Assembly: GCF_963506605.1 (NCBI RefSeq)
Contig: NC_083288.1
Span: 48,980,001 to 49,044,000 of the forward strand
Direction of reading: 5' to 3'
Length of the DNA stretch: 64,000 nucleotides
Source: Zootoca vivipara
Taxonomy: Eukaryota
This document shows, one piece after another, positions 10,389-33,378 of the stretch (its first letter is position 1; each line of letters begins with the position of its first letter). Both the position numbers and the translations under genes were made by a program. The notes under the pieces are model-generated. The model ran no database searches, was not told the DNA's origin, and saw nothing but the letters and a program-made list of their open reading frames with translations.

Positions 10389-13300
10389 TCACGACACCCA
10401 GGCGGCGAGCTGCTTCATTTCTTCGTCGTCGTCGTCCACCGCAGAGGCGGGCACTTTGGAGGCTGGCAAAAGGACGGAGGGAGGGAAAGAGTGAAATCAA
10501 AACGTAGGAACGGCACCCCAAAACTTCAACCCTCTTCCAAATGGTCCTTGGAGATCCCGCCTTTACTTAACTCCTTGCCTCGGGGTGCCTGTTTATTTAC
10601 TGGGTTTGTATGGGCTTTGAAGATGCTCGAACTCAGGACGAAGAGGAAGAGGAAGGCACGCTTGGCAAATCCTCACCGTGATTAACTCCTGCCCGGAAAC
10701 CTACATCCCCACTGTGGAAGGACGTGTGGATCCAGAAGTGGCCTCACTTACGGACTCAATGTTAAAGCTCTGTCTATGGAAGACCATCCTACTTGGCTAC
10801 GAGTGATCGCCCAAGAAGATACAGTGGTACCTTGGTTGCCAGACTTAAATCCGTTCCGGGAATCCGTTCCGACTCCCGGAACCATTCGAAAACAGAGGTG
10901 CGACTTCCGATTGGCTGCAGGAGCTCCCTGCAACTCAATCGGAAGCTGCATCGGATGTTTGGCTTCCAAAGAACGTTTGCAAACGGGAACACTCACTTCC
11001 AGGCTTGCGGCATTCGGGAGCGAAAACGTATGCGTACCAAGGCGTTCGAGAACCAAGGTACGACTGTAGTGCTTTCAGGCGGACGTCACAAAGCGGTTTG
11101 TGTAAGGTTACGACGAGAAGAACACACGCAAAATACAAAGGGCCTTCTCTTTTTAAAAAAGTCACAATATCCAGGCTGGAATAGGACCTTGGGAGACCCT
11201 AAGCCAGGCATCCCCAAACTTCGGCCCTCCAGATGTTTTGGACTACAATTCCCATCATCCCTGACCACTGGTCATAGAATCATAGAGTTGGAAGAGACCA
11301 CAAGGGCCATCCAGTCCAACCCCCTGCCAAGCAGGAAACACCATCAAAGCATTCTTGACATATGCCTGTCAAGCCTCTGCTTAAAGACCTCCAAAGAAGG
11401 AGACTCCACCACACTCCTTGGCAGCAAATTCCACTGCCGAATAGCTCTTACTGTCAGGAAGTTCTTCCTAATGTTTAGGTGGAATCTTCTTTCTTGAAGT
11501 TTGAATCCATTGCTCCGTGTCCGCTTCTCTGGAGCAACAGATCCCTGTTAGCCAGGGATCATGGGAGTTGTAGGCCAAAACATCTGGAGGGCCGCAGTTT
11601 GGGGATGCCTGCCCTAAGCACTTAAGAGCTTTTGGTGCCCCCATACCTATCCAATTCAAAATATAAGCCATAAAATAAAATTTTATTTTTCAAAATGAAG
11701 CAGAACCTACATTCAGATGGAAAACAATGCTTATTTTGGTACGCTTCTACTTTACATCCACCCACTTCTCCAGATTTGTTGGGGCCACTACCCCCCCCCC
11801 GCACCAGCCAGAGGCAGGATGGGAGCTGTAATCCAGTCACACTTGGAGACCCCCAGGTTGGCAAAGCCAGGGCTTTGAGGGGAGCTGAAACAGCAGGCGG
11901 CGCCATCCCAAGACCCAGGGGCCTGTGCCCACCTCGCTGCCTCCGCACCCCCCCTTACCTGGCACACTGGGCAGGCGAGAGGCAGGCACGGTGGGCAGTT
12001 CGGGGGTCGGTTCCCCAACATTCAGAAGCTCCTTGTCCAAGTCTTCCTGCTCCATCTCCTCCAGCTCAGCTAGCAGCTCATCCTGAGGGCAGCAAAGGAA
12101 GGCAGAGTGGAGAGTTGAAACAAAAACAGGTACTCATTGCCAATTCCCCCTAAAGCCGACCGCCCCACTCCTCTGGGGCTCAGCCCCCCACAAAGGCAGA
12201 TCTACAGAACCGAAACAGAGCTCCCTCCCTCCTCCACTTTTCAGGAGGGAGGGGTCCCCCGCTTTTGACGTTACCTCATCTACATCGTCCCCAAAGCCGA
12301 CGGGCTTTGAGATGGCGTCCGAGATCTGCTGGGCGATGTCCTGCTGTTCTGTGATCTCAGCCATCAGGTCGTCCACTTTGTCAATGTCCCTGGAGAGACC
12401 GGGGGGGGGGGGTAGAGGGTGAGACGAAAGCAGAAAGGGCAGCTGGGGTGTGGTGGGGTGGGGGGCTGCTTTTGCCGTCGCACCAAAGTGCACCTCAAGC
12501 GCAGGAAAGCTCCACCTCGAGGGAAGCAGGGGAGGCCAAAGGCGGAGGAGGGAAGCGGCAAATCCGAGATCCGGGTCCGAAAACGCGAGGAGCCGCCACG
12601 GAACAAAATGCAAAAGGCAGGACTAAGAGGGATGGAGCCAGCCTTTGAAAGGGGAACCTTTCTTTAGCCAAGGGCTGCATTCCCACCAGGGCATTTCACA
12701 TTTCCGGACACACACACAAGCCTCTCCATCCTGGAGTTCAAAGACACGGACCAGCCAGGTAAGCTTACTGGAGGGGGGCTCAGAGATGACCCAAAAAGGG
12801 GCGTGGCCTGGGCAGAGGATTCTGGGAGCTGTAGTTCGTTAAGGCCACCAAGCGTCGCTAGGAGGGCCCTATTCCTCCTCACAGAGCAGCCATTCCCAGA
12901 ATCCCCCAGGAAGAGAGAGTGGCTGTTAAACAGCCCCAACAACCATGTGAAAGGAATAATGGAGTCTCTCAGCACCCTTATTGGACTACAACTCCCAGGA
13001 TTCTTTGCGGGAAGCCACAACTGTCAGCCTTGTGCTTTAAGTAGAGGGCATGCACATGGCCGGACAGGGTCTCCTCCTTCGCACTCGGGGCTTGCTGCTC
13101 CCTCCGCCTTCTCTTTTGCCTTTTCCAGGCTCCACACATGCCCCCCGTCTCCCTCCCTCCAGGCAGCGCAGGAGCCTGCCACGAAGGCCCCACAGCCTCG
13201 GGACCCACATGTGCTGATGGGCTTCCTTCATGGCCCGGGCTGCGTCTGACATGGTCTTGAGCACTTCAGTGTTGGTGGTGGCGTTCTCCAGAGCCTCGCG

Positions 13301-14011
13301 CTGGAACTCAATGGTGGAGAGGGTCCCGTCGATCTGCCCCAGCTGCTGCTCGTAGCGTTTCTTCCGCTTGAGGGCTTGCAGGGCAGCTGGATCGAGAAGG
13401 GTGGGAAAGAGGCAATGTGTTATTTGTTGTTAATATTTAGTTGACAGCTGCCCAGAGTGGCTGGGGCAACCAAGTCAGATGGGTAGCATATTATTATTAT
13501 TATTATTATTAGCAGGCAACTGTTCCATTTGCTCTCTAACACAGCCCACCCATTAAACCTTACAAAAACTCTATTTCTAACACCGGTCCTGAAAGACCTA
13601 CATTGGCTCCCAGTACGTTTCCGAGCACAATTCAAAGTGTTGGTGCTGACCTTTAAAGCCCTAAACGGCCTCAAAGGCCCAGTATACCTGAAGGAACGTC
13701 TCCTCCCCCATCGTTCTGCCCGGACACTGAGGTCCAGCACCGAGGGCCTTCTGGCAGTTCCCTCGCTACGAGAAGCCAAGTTACAGGGAACCAGGCAGAG
13801 GGACTTCTCGGTAATGGCACCCACCCTGTGGAATGCCCTCCCACCAGAGGTCAAAGAGAACAACAACTACCAGACCTTTAGAAGGCATCTCAAGGCAGCC
13901 CTGTTTAGGGAAGCTTTTAATGTTTGGTGGATTTCTGTATTTTAATATTTTGTTGGAAGCCGCCCAGAGTGGCTGGGGGAACCCGGCCAGATGGGCGGGG
14001 TATAAATAATA

Positions 14012-14061
<50 letters not shown>

Positions 14062-14174
14062 CTTCCCCTAAGGCTACAGGGTTCCATTCCTCAGAAATGT
14101 AGGATGTGCTGGAAGCAGGCACACAGCTCCCTAAAATCCCCCAGCTTTCGTTTTGACACTGCTAAGTTTCTTTT

Positions 14175-14210
<36 letters not shown>

Positions 14211-15573
14211 CTGAATTTAATTATTACATCATGAAAGCAGAAAGAAAATAAGAAGAATAAGAATAAGAATTTATTATTGGCCAAGTACATTTTCCAACAT
14301 ACTTGGAATTTGCTTCGGCTACATTGCAATGTAAACATACACACACTGTTCCACTCACAATATGAATAAGCAAAGAAACCCACCCATAATTGACCTCCCC
14401 TTCAGCTACACATCTACAAATTTAACAATTCAATGGCACAAGGGGAAAAACTGTTCCTGTGCCTGGCCGATTTAGTATATGAAGACCTGTAGCGACGTCC
14501 AGATGGGAGTAAATCTAGCAGATGATGACCAGGATGTTAGAGGATCTGCTGCAATTCTCTCTGCTCTTTATTTTATTTATATGTAACATTTGCTTTTTGG
14601 TAATATTTTACTTTCTACATAACATTTTTGTCAACCAATGAGTGGTGTGTTTCCTTTCCTTTTACCACTGCTAAGCTTCTAGTCCTTATGACAGCAAAGC
14701 CCTCTCAAAGCTGCTGCTTTAGGGACGAAGGAAATCTCCGTTTTGGTTTCCTTAACCGGCCCCCTCCCTGGACCCCCCTTTACCCGTATTTCCCTCCACT
14801 GCTCCATTCACCTCTCTTGTTTTTCGTCCCATGTTTCTTGGCCGAGTGAAGTTCCTGCTGGATCTTTTGCTCCAGGAATTCTTGTTTCTTGACAAGCACC
14901 TCCTCCGTCTCCCGCAGCTTCTGGATGGCCTCCTGCGGGGTAGGGGCTTTGGCCTTCTTACCTGGAAAGAGCCCCGTCCAGAAAGGGTGGGGAAGGAAGA
15001 GAGCCAGAATGCCCATTATTGCCCCATGAATCCTCCACCATCAACCCAACCTATCTAAGAGCCAACAACAACAGGGACTAGGAGCCATTGCTTGGAAAGG
15101 TTGGCGCAAAAGGGAGACGGTCAGCCCATCAAGCGGTACCCCAGGTGAATTATGGGCTTTTCCCAGCAGCCATACCTCTCCTCCCCTCTCCATGACTCTC
15201 TTGCCCTGCTTCAAAATGGTGGGGGGGGGGGGGAAACTGCCGCTCTACACCAAGAAACTGAGCACTGGGGAAGAAGATAGTAACCCCCCCCCAAAAAAGA
15301 GCGCTTTTTGGAAATATGGTACAGTCCACTCCCCCCTCCCGAAAAAGCTTGGAATGAACCGTTCCCCTTCCTTTAATACGTTTCCCTCCTTTGTTTTTCT
15401 CCATCCACCGAGCCAGATTCTTTTCTCTCCTTCCTCCCCCCCCCCAGACACAGTTGGTTTCTCCCAGCTATCCGTGATCCCCCATGGCGATTGGGCGATA
15501 CCACCCTCCTTCAGGGTGGGGAATGTAAATGTAGGGGCTCACCCTTCCCGAAGAGCTTTCCCAAGCCACTCAT
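10389..15573 (-). CDS. CHMP4A: Charged multivesicular body protein 4A (ESCRT-III Snf7 family), 223 aa, 6 exons
   Basis: Exons 15543-15573 (MSGLGKLFGK), 14812-14961, 13209-13386, 12275-12389, 11959-12082, 10389-10462 (DDDDEEMKQLAAWVS*). 672 nt, all GT-AG and in phase. Candidate AATAAA on - strand at 9272-9277. Paralog assigned from synteny and the 31-nt first exon. Confidence 0.93.
10600..10819 (+). mobile_element. RTE-clade LINE 3' end fragment
   Basis: Matches the 3' end of the RTE at 53215-53816 (CCCCACTGTGGAAGGA..GTGGATCC..TGGCCTC). Confidence 0.75.
11205..11611. mobile_element. hAT MITE (CAGGCATCCCCAAAC TIR) with nested CR1 3' end (11273-11540, -)
   Basis: 8-bp TSD CCCTAAGC at 11197-11204 / 11612-11619. 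Same family at 32986-33138 (TSD GCCTAGTG) and 51310-51444 (TSD TTATAGAT). Confidence 0.9.
13578..14060 (+). mobile_element. L2-clade LINE 3' fragment with (TAT)n tail
   Basis: [46 protein letters not shown]. Similar fragments at 38255-38720, 48290-48595, 49760-50155 (-), 58835-59255, 60790-61050, 61575-61810. Confidence 0.85.
14244..14565 (-). mobile_element. Rex1/Babar-type LINE 3' end
   Basis: - strand reads HPGHHLLDLLPSGRRYRSSYTKSARHRNSFSPCAI, followed by a (TTATTC)n tail. Confidence 0.7.
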
Positions 15574-17474
15574 CTCGCCTGGTTGGTAATTCACTGGACT
15601 TCCTCTTCCGGCTTCATCCAGCTCCCAGCCTTACACCGCCTCCATCCCCCCCCCCACCAATCACATGACAATTGGGAAGGACCAGGGCAAAGGGATACCA
15701 GTCTTCCTAGTTCTCTATAGAGACATCAGGTTCCCAATTTGAACTGGCTACACTCCTCTTATGTGCGGGGAAATAGGAATGGAATTGCATTTTTTTTAAA
15801 AAAAAAAATGGGTTCGACCTAGAGTCGACTCACTTACAAATTGCAGGCGTTGCAGTTAATTCCCAATGAGGCTAATTAATCGTGGCCCAAGTCTTATTGA
15901 TTTAATTTGGAATCTAGTGCAAATAACTTACTCTAGAAGACTGGGACCAACCCTGTGATCGGATTTATTATTACTATTACTAAAAACAACAACACCATGG
16001 CTGGTGTTCAAAGAGCAGCAACGAAAGGAGAACCTCTCGCCTTGTTTGGATTTTGACAATTGGGATTGGTTTTTAACCATAGGTTCCGTCATCGTTCCAC
16101 CACGCTTGCCCCGCACATGGGGTTCCAATGGAAACCGGAAGTTGATATTGCGGGGAGCGTCCAATTATCTTTTTGGACCAAATCTGGGCACGGGACAAAA
16201 ACGTGGGCAGGGAATCATATGACGTCTCTCCCTCTCTTCCCCCTCCCTCTCTTAAAGGAGCCGCGCCGCCCTAATGAAACCTGTTTCCAATCAGTACTGT
16301 AAACAGAATTTGCACAGTAGTCTCGAGATTAAATTATGAATATCCATTTCGTACAGGGGCCATATGATCTACCTGGTTTTATGGTTTTAATCATTTTTCC
16401 TGCAATTTGAAGGTCTCCACCCAAAGCTGCCCCACCCATCCCATAATAGCGCCCCTGATCTTTAAAAAGCTGCGGGAGATTTAACAATCCAACAGGTATA
16501 GCCTCTGGTGGAGAGAAGTAGGCGAGGGGGGGTGGCTCCCCTCCTTTTAACACTGAGTTTCCATGTTTACTATACCGTTTTAAGACTCCTGGCTCCCATC
16601 ACCCCTGTTTTATTGGCCAAGCTGATTGAGGCTGACATCCAAAAACATCTAGAATTCCTAGATGTTAAAAACACTTCTTTGTAGTCTGGCTGACATGTCT
16701 CTTCCCACTTGGCCCTGGGCATTCACACCTTTTTCTTAATGTATTATTAGGGTTGCCAGACTCAATAGTGGACAGGACTTCTGTGCCTTTAATTGCCCTG
16801 CTCTCTTTTGAGTCTGGAAACCGTAAAGAGAAACCAGCAGACCCTTTGTTTAATTTCCAAGCGTTTCCTGGCGCGGTGGGCGGGTGGGCGCGGCGCTGCT
16901 GTGCGGTGGGCGGGCGGGCAGGCCCAGCGCGATCTCTCCGGCGCCCTCCCGCCCCGTTTCCCAGCGCGGTGGGCAGGTGGGGGTCTACGACGAGCCGGCC
17001 CTGCATGCTGACATGCATTTTAATCCGGTTTTTATCTTATTGTTGATGGGGATTGTTTTTTTTAATGCTTTAGGTATTTCTTCTTAACCGATTCTTTTTA
17101 CTATGATTTCATTCTTTCATTCTTTTTATAAAGCACTTTTCACATTGTCGCCATTGCCTTTTTACAGTCAAGTAGTGCATGAATTTCACGAAGCAGACAA
17201 ATGAATAAAACTGGACCCCCCCACCCACCCCGCTTTCACAGTGCCTGCAGTCTTCAGCTGGCTCTGCATCTTAGGGGGTGTGGATCAGTTGTCGGTGAAC
17301 AGGAGCGTGGCAAGGTGCCTATAAGGTAAGTCTAGACTGTTCACACGCGTGTAAAACGATGCACGGCAGGGAAACACACAGAGGATTTATTGCACGGGGT
17401 CAAAATCCCCCAGCACACTCCACACATGACGAGAGAGAATGGGATGTCCAGTTTCCGTTAGCCACAGGCAGCAA

Positions 17475-21804
<4,330 letters not shown>

Positions 21805-21875
21805 CTCCTTTTTATTTCCAGGAAGCAAAAACGGGATAAGTAGGTGTTGCACTCTAGAAAAAGAGAGACTTTGAT

Positions 21876-21878
<3 letters not shown>

Positions 21879-21941
<63 letters not shown>
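21879..21941. repeat. (CT)n microsatellite; others: (AC)n 8009-8040, (GT)n 14179-14207, (CAT)n 45952-45984, (TAT)n 14012-14060, 49760-49820, 56515-56555, 60709-60749
   Basis: Direct reading. Confidence 0.95.
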
Positions 21942-21947
<6 letters not shown>

Positions 21948-21959
21948 AAAAGGAGGCAA

Positions 21960-22220
21960 TCAGGGGCCGGTGGAGCTGCGAATCAGGCCCCCCGCTTTCT
22001 TCCTGCGAGGAGCAACGGGAGCTGCAGAATCCGGCCCTCCAGGAACAAGCAGATCAGCAGCGGCGGCGGATGAATGACAGGCTGCCTCTTTCACTTGAGC
22101 TCGCCGAGGAGCCACGTGCTGCTGCTGCTGCGGAAGCTCCGGATGCAAACAGCGGCTGCCAGAGCGTTCCAGGGCCGCCCCGGGGTTAACCCCTTCAGTC
22201 CCGAGGGGTTGTGGCGGGGG
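21960..22220 (-). promoter_or_regulatory. Small CpG-rich region, probable MDP1 promoter or non-coding first exon
   Basis: GC/CpG-rich patch just upstream of the MDP1 ATG exon, which has its own acceptor at 21853. Confidence 0.45.
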
Positions 22221-23769
22221 CAGGAGATTGCTAACACAGCAGGGCTTCCCCCCCTTTTATGTACAGTATATAAAAAGGATGGGCTGGATTGTTGCAGGAA
22301 ATGGCAGCGAGGGAAAGGCGAGGATGGTGGATTTTGTCATGCTTATGATCATACTTTATTCTTTTGTTAGTTATGCTGTTTTAAATGTGTATTTTATTTT
22401 CGACTTCATTTAGCAATGTTTCTTTTTTCCTTTTGAAATGTTTAAGATTTGTTTTTGTTAACTATGTTTTAAATATGTATTCTGTAGTTGACCCCCTTTG
22501 TAATGTTTTATTTTGAAATCTTTAATATTTTAGTTTTCTGTTAATAATAATAATAATATTTATACACTGCCCATCTGTCTGGGTTTCCCCAGCCACTCTG
22601 GGCAGCTTCCAACAGCAGTATTAAAATACAATAATTTATTAAACAAAAAAAAAATTAATTATGTTGCTTTGACTGTTAATTACACATGTTGATTTTATTC
22701 AGAATTTTATTATTATTATTTTATTATTCATTTTATTTTAATATTTTATTATTATTATTGATGTTCTAATATGCTGCAAACCACTTTGAGATTTTTCTTA
22801 AGTAATAATTTTGCGCACACTTTGAATACAATTCTGATTGTGGCTGATCTTTCAAGGAATTATTTTTTCAGTGCTATATATATATTGTGATGTTAATTTG
22901 GGCTCTGTATAAATATTTTTAAACAAAATTTGGGCACCTCTTTAAACAAAATTTTAATTTGGGTGCTATATAACATTTACGTTTGGGTGCTATTTGAAGA
23001 GTTTTATTTTGGGCACCTCTTTAAATAATTTTTTTTAAAGTTTTGGGCACACTTTACTTTTTTTTTCTAATCCAGGCACCTCTTTAAATAAAGCGACAAT
23101 GATCTTTCTGTTGGGATTAAAGGGAGCATAGCAGAATATTGGAGTGATTTAAGATTTTTTTTTACTGTAGGTTTTATATTTGGCTTTCAAGCTGTTTTTA
23201 GGATGTCACAAACTGCTGGAGCGGTTTTCTTCAAAACATGGAAGCTTGCCTAAAATCCATCCAAATAAATCAATCTATGGCATCCAGATTTGCCAGATAT
23301 ACAGTTAAGAATAGCTCCATCTCAAAAAGTCTTCCAGAGCTATGAACCTCAGGTGTCAGAGGACGAGTGGGGCAGACCTATTTAGGATTGTACTGGACCG
23401 GTGGCTATTTCCATGTGGGGCATCTCCTGTGTTTAAAGACGCAAGGAAAGTGTTTTCAGGAAACGGTGCAGTTTGGCACAGCCTGTGGCATGGAGCGCCA
23501 ACGTGGTGCTGTCTGGATGTTGGACTCCCAACTCTCCCAACTCTCATGCGCCCAGGCAGAACGGCCAATGGTCAGGGATGATGGGAGTTGTAGTTCAACA
23601 CCCAGAGGCAATGCCATTGGCTACCCCTCGGTTGACATCAAGTCAGTTGGCTACACACTTTCTCTCATCCAAAATAAGGCAAAAACCCTCACAAACCCCA
23701 GAAATTTCATGACGATTGTGGACTTCGCTCTGCTTCCAACATCCTCCTTTCGTATAAATGTTGTAGAAT

Positions 23770-24560
23770 AATAGAATCATAGAATCTTAGAGTTGGAAGA
23801 GACCACAAGGGCCATCCAGTCCAACCCCCTGCCGAGCAGCAAACACCATCAAAGCATTCTTGACATATGCCCGTCAAGCCTCTGCTTAAAGACCTCCAAA
23901 GAAGGAGACTCCACCACACTCCTTGGTAGCAAATTCCACTGCCGAACAGCTCTTACTGTCAGGAAGTTCTTCCTAATGTTTAGGTGGAATCTTCTTTCTT
24001 GTAGTTTGAATCCATTGCTCCGTGTCCGCTTCTCTGGAGCAGCAGAAAACAACCTTTCACCCTCCTCTATATGGCATCCTTTAATATATTTGAACATGGC
24101 TATCATATCACCCCTTAACCTTCTCTTCTCCGGGCTAAACATACCCAGCTCCCTAAGCCGTTCCTCATAAGGCATCGTTTCCAGGCCTTTGACCATTTTG
24201 GTTGCCCTCTTCTGGACACGTTCCAGCTTGTCAGTATCCTTCTTGAACTGTGGTGCCCAGAACTGGACACAGTACTCCAGGTGAGGTCTGACCAGAGCAG
24301 AATACAGTGGTACTATTACTTCCCTTGATCTAGATGCTATACTCCTATTGATGCAGCCCAGAATTGCATTGGCTTTTTTAGCTGCTGCATCACACTGCTG
24401 ACTCATGTCAAGTTTGTGGTCTACCAAGACTCCTAGATCCTTTTCACATGTACTGCTCTCAAGCCAGGTGTCACCCATCCTGTATTCATGCCTTTCATTT
24501 TTTTTGCCCAAGTGTAGTACTTTACATTTCTCCTTGTTAAAATTCATCTTGTTTGCTTTG
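23770..24560 (-). mobile_element. Young CR1 LINE 3' portion (ORF2 C-terminus open for 232 aa)
   Basis: MNFNKEKCKVLHLG..LYSALVRPHLEYCVQFWAP..WNLLPRSVVESPSLEVFKQRLD; (ATTCTATG)n tail; near-identical to 11273-11540. Confidence 0.95.
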
Positions 24561-24563
24561 CTT

Positions 24564-24950
24564 TGTAGTGGGGGAACGTCCTGATGGATACACGGACAGG
24601 CAGCCCACGTGTGAAGAGATGTAAAAAGAGGCTGCTGCGGAAGGATTTTGCTAGAACCCGCTTACTCAGACTGTACGAGGAATGTTTGTGCAGGAAAAAC
24701 TCTGCCTCAGATGAGAGGTAGCAGAAACTCTTACTGCCTTGTCAGGCATCCAGGTCTGATAACAGAGCCCTGCTTTGCGTCTGAAATTTAATTTCTACGC
24801 CTGTGTAAAGCTAAGGCAAAGGAATGTCTGTAAGCCTGTGTTAATACTTAATAGCCTGGTGGACTCCACATTTATTTGACCTGCTGTGGTTCTGACCCTA
24901 TAAAAGCTGCCTTAAACATTGCAACAGGAGGGGTTAACCGAAGAAAACCC
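24564..24950 (+). mobile_element. Possible truncated LTR
   Basis: Starts TGTAGTGGGG; TATAAAA at ~24899; no poly(A) signal or TSD found. Confidence 0.3.
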
Positions 24951-25847
24951 ACTACAGTGGTACCTCGACTTACGAACGACTTGGACAACCGAATTTTTCG
25001 ACTTACGAATGGGGGTAATGGCCGTGCGCTTACGAATGTCTCGGCATCTGGAAAAAACCGTGGCGGTTTTCGACTTACGAATTTTTCCGTTTTCAATGCA
25101 TTCCTATGGGAAATCACGTTTCCAATGGTGTTTTTCGACTTACGAATTTTTCGACTTACAAAGGTGCCTTCGGAATGGATTAAATTCGTAAGTCAAGGCA
25201 CCACAGTACTGTCATGGTTCCCTCCGCAAAAAAAATCTGGGAACTGCAGCTCTGTTAGCCCTTGTTGCCCTGTGATATACAACCATACACACTATAGATC
25301 CCAGAGGAAAGGAAACACCTTTTGAGCCACTTTTGACTTGAGGATCCTGAATACCCCAGTGAAAAAGGCACATCGTAAGCAGAGTCAAACACAGTCACGA
25401 GCCTACAACTCAAGAAACCACGTGAAACACCTTTATTTAACATTCAGCCATTTCAACTGCGGGAAGGGGGGGGGCGGGGAGGACATTTGAACAAGGGGAG
25501 GCAGAAACACAGCCAATGAGCATATGCAGCACTTGAGAAGTCGCCGGGGTGTAAATGCGTGAGGATCGGGGCCGACGGGATGCGGGATCCCCCAGGAAGG
25601 CAACAAGCCATGGACTCTCCCCCCCCCCGTTTCCTTGCTAAATGGCACCTCCCTCAAATGACAGCTTGCGGAAGATCTCCGGGGTGGTGGGCGGCAGCGG
25701 CCGTTTTCTTCCTGGATCCAGGAGGAAGAAGGGGTTAGGGAGGGTAGCTATGCGCAGCCCGGCGGTGTCCCACACGCAAACGGTAGATCTGTCCTTTGGG
25801 GGAAGGGGGGAGGGGGAGGCGGGACGCGCCGAGGGATGGGTGCGCCA

Positions 25848-31359
<5,512 letters not shown>

Positions 31360-32260
31360 CGTGACCAGCCTCTTCAGTCAGCCGCTCGACCTCTGACCTC
31401 GGAAGCAGAACAGGAGCGCTCTTTCCCTCCCTCACGCCCCCGCGCTCTTTCCGGCCTATCTGACGTCACTTCCGCTTCATAGTATTTCCCCCTCCCTCCC
31501 TCCAGTCTTTTTTTGTCTCTTTCTAAAAGGAAGTTTAGAGACGTTTAGAGACCGAGATAAAGCGCGCGGTGTTGTTCCGCTTGAATTCACCTCTTCGACA
31601 CCCTTTCGCTTACTGACGCGCAGTGCACTATGGGAGATGGAGTCCTTTCCACATAACTGAACCTTTACGAACTACGTCTCCCGCGCATTTTGCTCTAAAC
31701 TGCCACATCAGCCGTCGCTTAAATGCTTTAATGGGCAGGACTATAATTCCAGCCCTGCTTAATTGTTCGCCAGCCATTCACTTCTGTTTCGCGCTCTCCG
31801 CCTTCTATTATTCGGACTACATCTCCCGTCAGGCACTGCGGCAGAAACCCATCTCCCCCCCCCGCCGTGCCCCTCCCGCTGGGAGCAGACGTCTTTTCCG
31901 CTCTTGATTGGCTAGCGCGAGATTCGCCGTTGCGCGCACGCACGCAGGTGGGGGAAAACGTTTCCCGAGGGCGGTTCCAGGCGCGTTGGTTTGTGGGAGT
32001 TGCAGTCCAGCGAGCGCTCTACACCGTTATAGGCGATGAGGGGAGAAGACTACAAGGACCACAGGGCAGTGCGCCGAAGAGGTCCAGAAGGACCAGGAAG
32101 AAAGGGGGGCGTGGTCGAGTGGAGAGAAGCCGGGTGGAACCGCGCCGTTGTGGAAAAGAGGCTCGCGCTGACTCCTGCCTTCTGAGATCGGGTAGCCGCA
32201 ACCGGAAGTGCGCGCGGGGGTGCCCAAGGGTGCACCGGAAGTAGGTCTCAATCCGGCCCT
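31360..32260. promoter_or_regulatory. Bidirectional CpG-island promoter of NEDD8 (-) and GMPR2 (+)
   Basis: CpG-rich; CRE/ETS composite TGACGTCACTTCCG at 31461-31474; ZNF143/THAP11-like ACTACnnnTCCC motifs near 31631(-), 31671, 31740, 31816, 31994(-); CCGGAAGT near 32202 and 32235. Confidence 0.8.
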
Positions 32261-33378
32261 TCGCAGTTGTCCCCTCCAAAACAAACCCCATATTCTTGAT
32301 GTGAACCACGTCCCCTTCGCTCTGAGTGGGGTCGGGGTCCGGGGCAGCGATGCAGAGTTAGCATAACTTATGCTAACATGGCAGTGCATTGCTGGGGGAG
32401 GGGTCAGGTGGTGGGTTTGATGGTTCTGTGTCACCTGCGCCCCTGTCCCAGTTTGCTGGCAGTGGCACCCTACTGGTTTCAAGAGAATCAGCCGCCCCGC
32501 AGGTGTGCTCAAATGCTGGGGTCCGCCATACAGAGGCTTCCCTGGAAGTGCATCCATTTCAAAACTTGCTGTCAATTTATAGCATTAGGATGTGGGGTTG
32601 TGTTCCTGGTACCAGCGGGATAATGAGAGATAAGAGGTGCAAAGTCTTTGCAAAAGCCTGTAATCGTCTCCGCTTCCCTTGGCGATAAGAGCTGCTGATA
32701 GGTTTGGATGCCACAGCTGAGGACGAGGTTCGTCAAGGCCTTGAAGACTGGTGACAAGCCCATAGAGAGAGACGATGGTTGAGGTTTTAATGCGGCAGGT
32801 GCTGCAGCAGGTGCTGTGGCAGGTCTAAAGTCTGTCGTGGGGTGTCTTAATCGTTAATGGTATTGGAAGTCCAAGAGGTAGCGTCTAAGAGGTGGTGGAG
32901 ATGGAGTTGTAGTTTGATGAACAACTTAACTGAAGACTAGAGACTCAGAGATTATGTGGAGATCAGGGATACAATGGGCCTAGTGCAGGCATCCCCAAAC
33001 TTCGGCCCTCCAGATGTTTTGGAATACAATTCCTATCTTCCTCGACCACTGGTCCTGTTAGTTCATGGGAGATTCACTTGCTAGATCATGGGAGTTGTAG
33101 GCCAAAACATCTGGACGGCCGCAGTTTGGGGATGCCTGGCCTAGTGTTTTTCCATAGAGTGGCATGTGTGCAATCACTGCGAGAAACTGAGGCAGAAGGA
33201 GAGGTCATGAACGGCTGTTAGTGTTAGCAAGCCGTGGTTCGTGGAAGCAACGCAAGTCACGGCCTGTAAGATAACATGCATTTTAATGCCAAAACCCACT
33301 ACTGGTTGCTATAGGAAAGTCTTTTCATTTTCATTTTCAATATTGACAAAATGGGCTTTGAAAAGAAATGTGTGTCTT

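Noticed and set aside
23849-24547. 232-aa ORF
   Set aside because: CR1 ORF2 C-terminal remnant, not a host gene.
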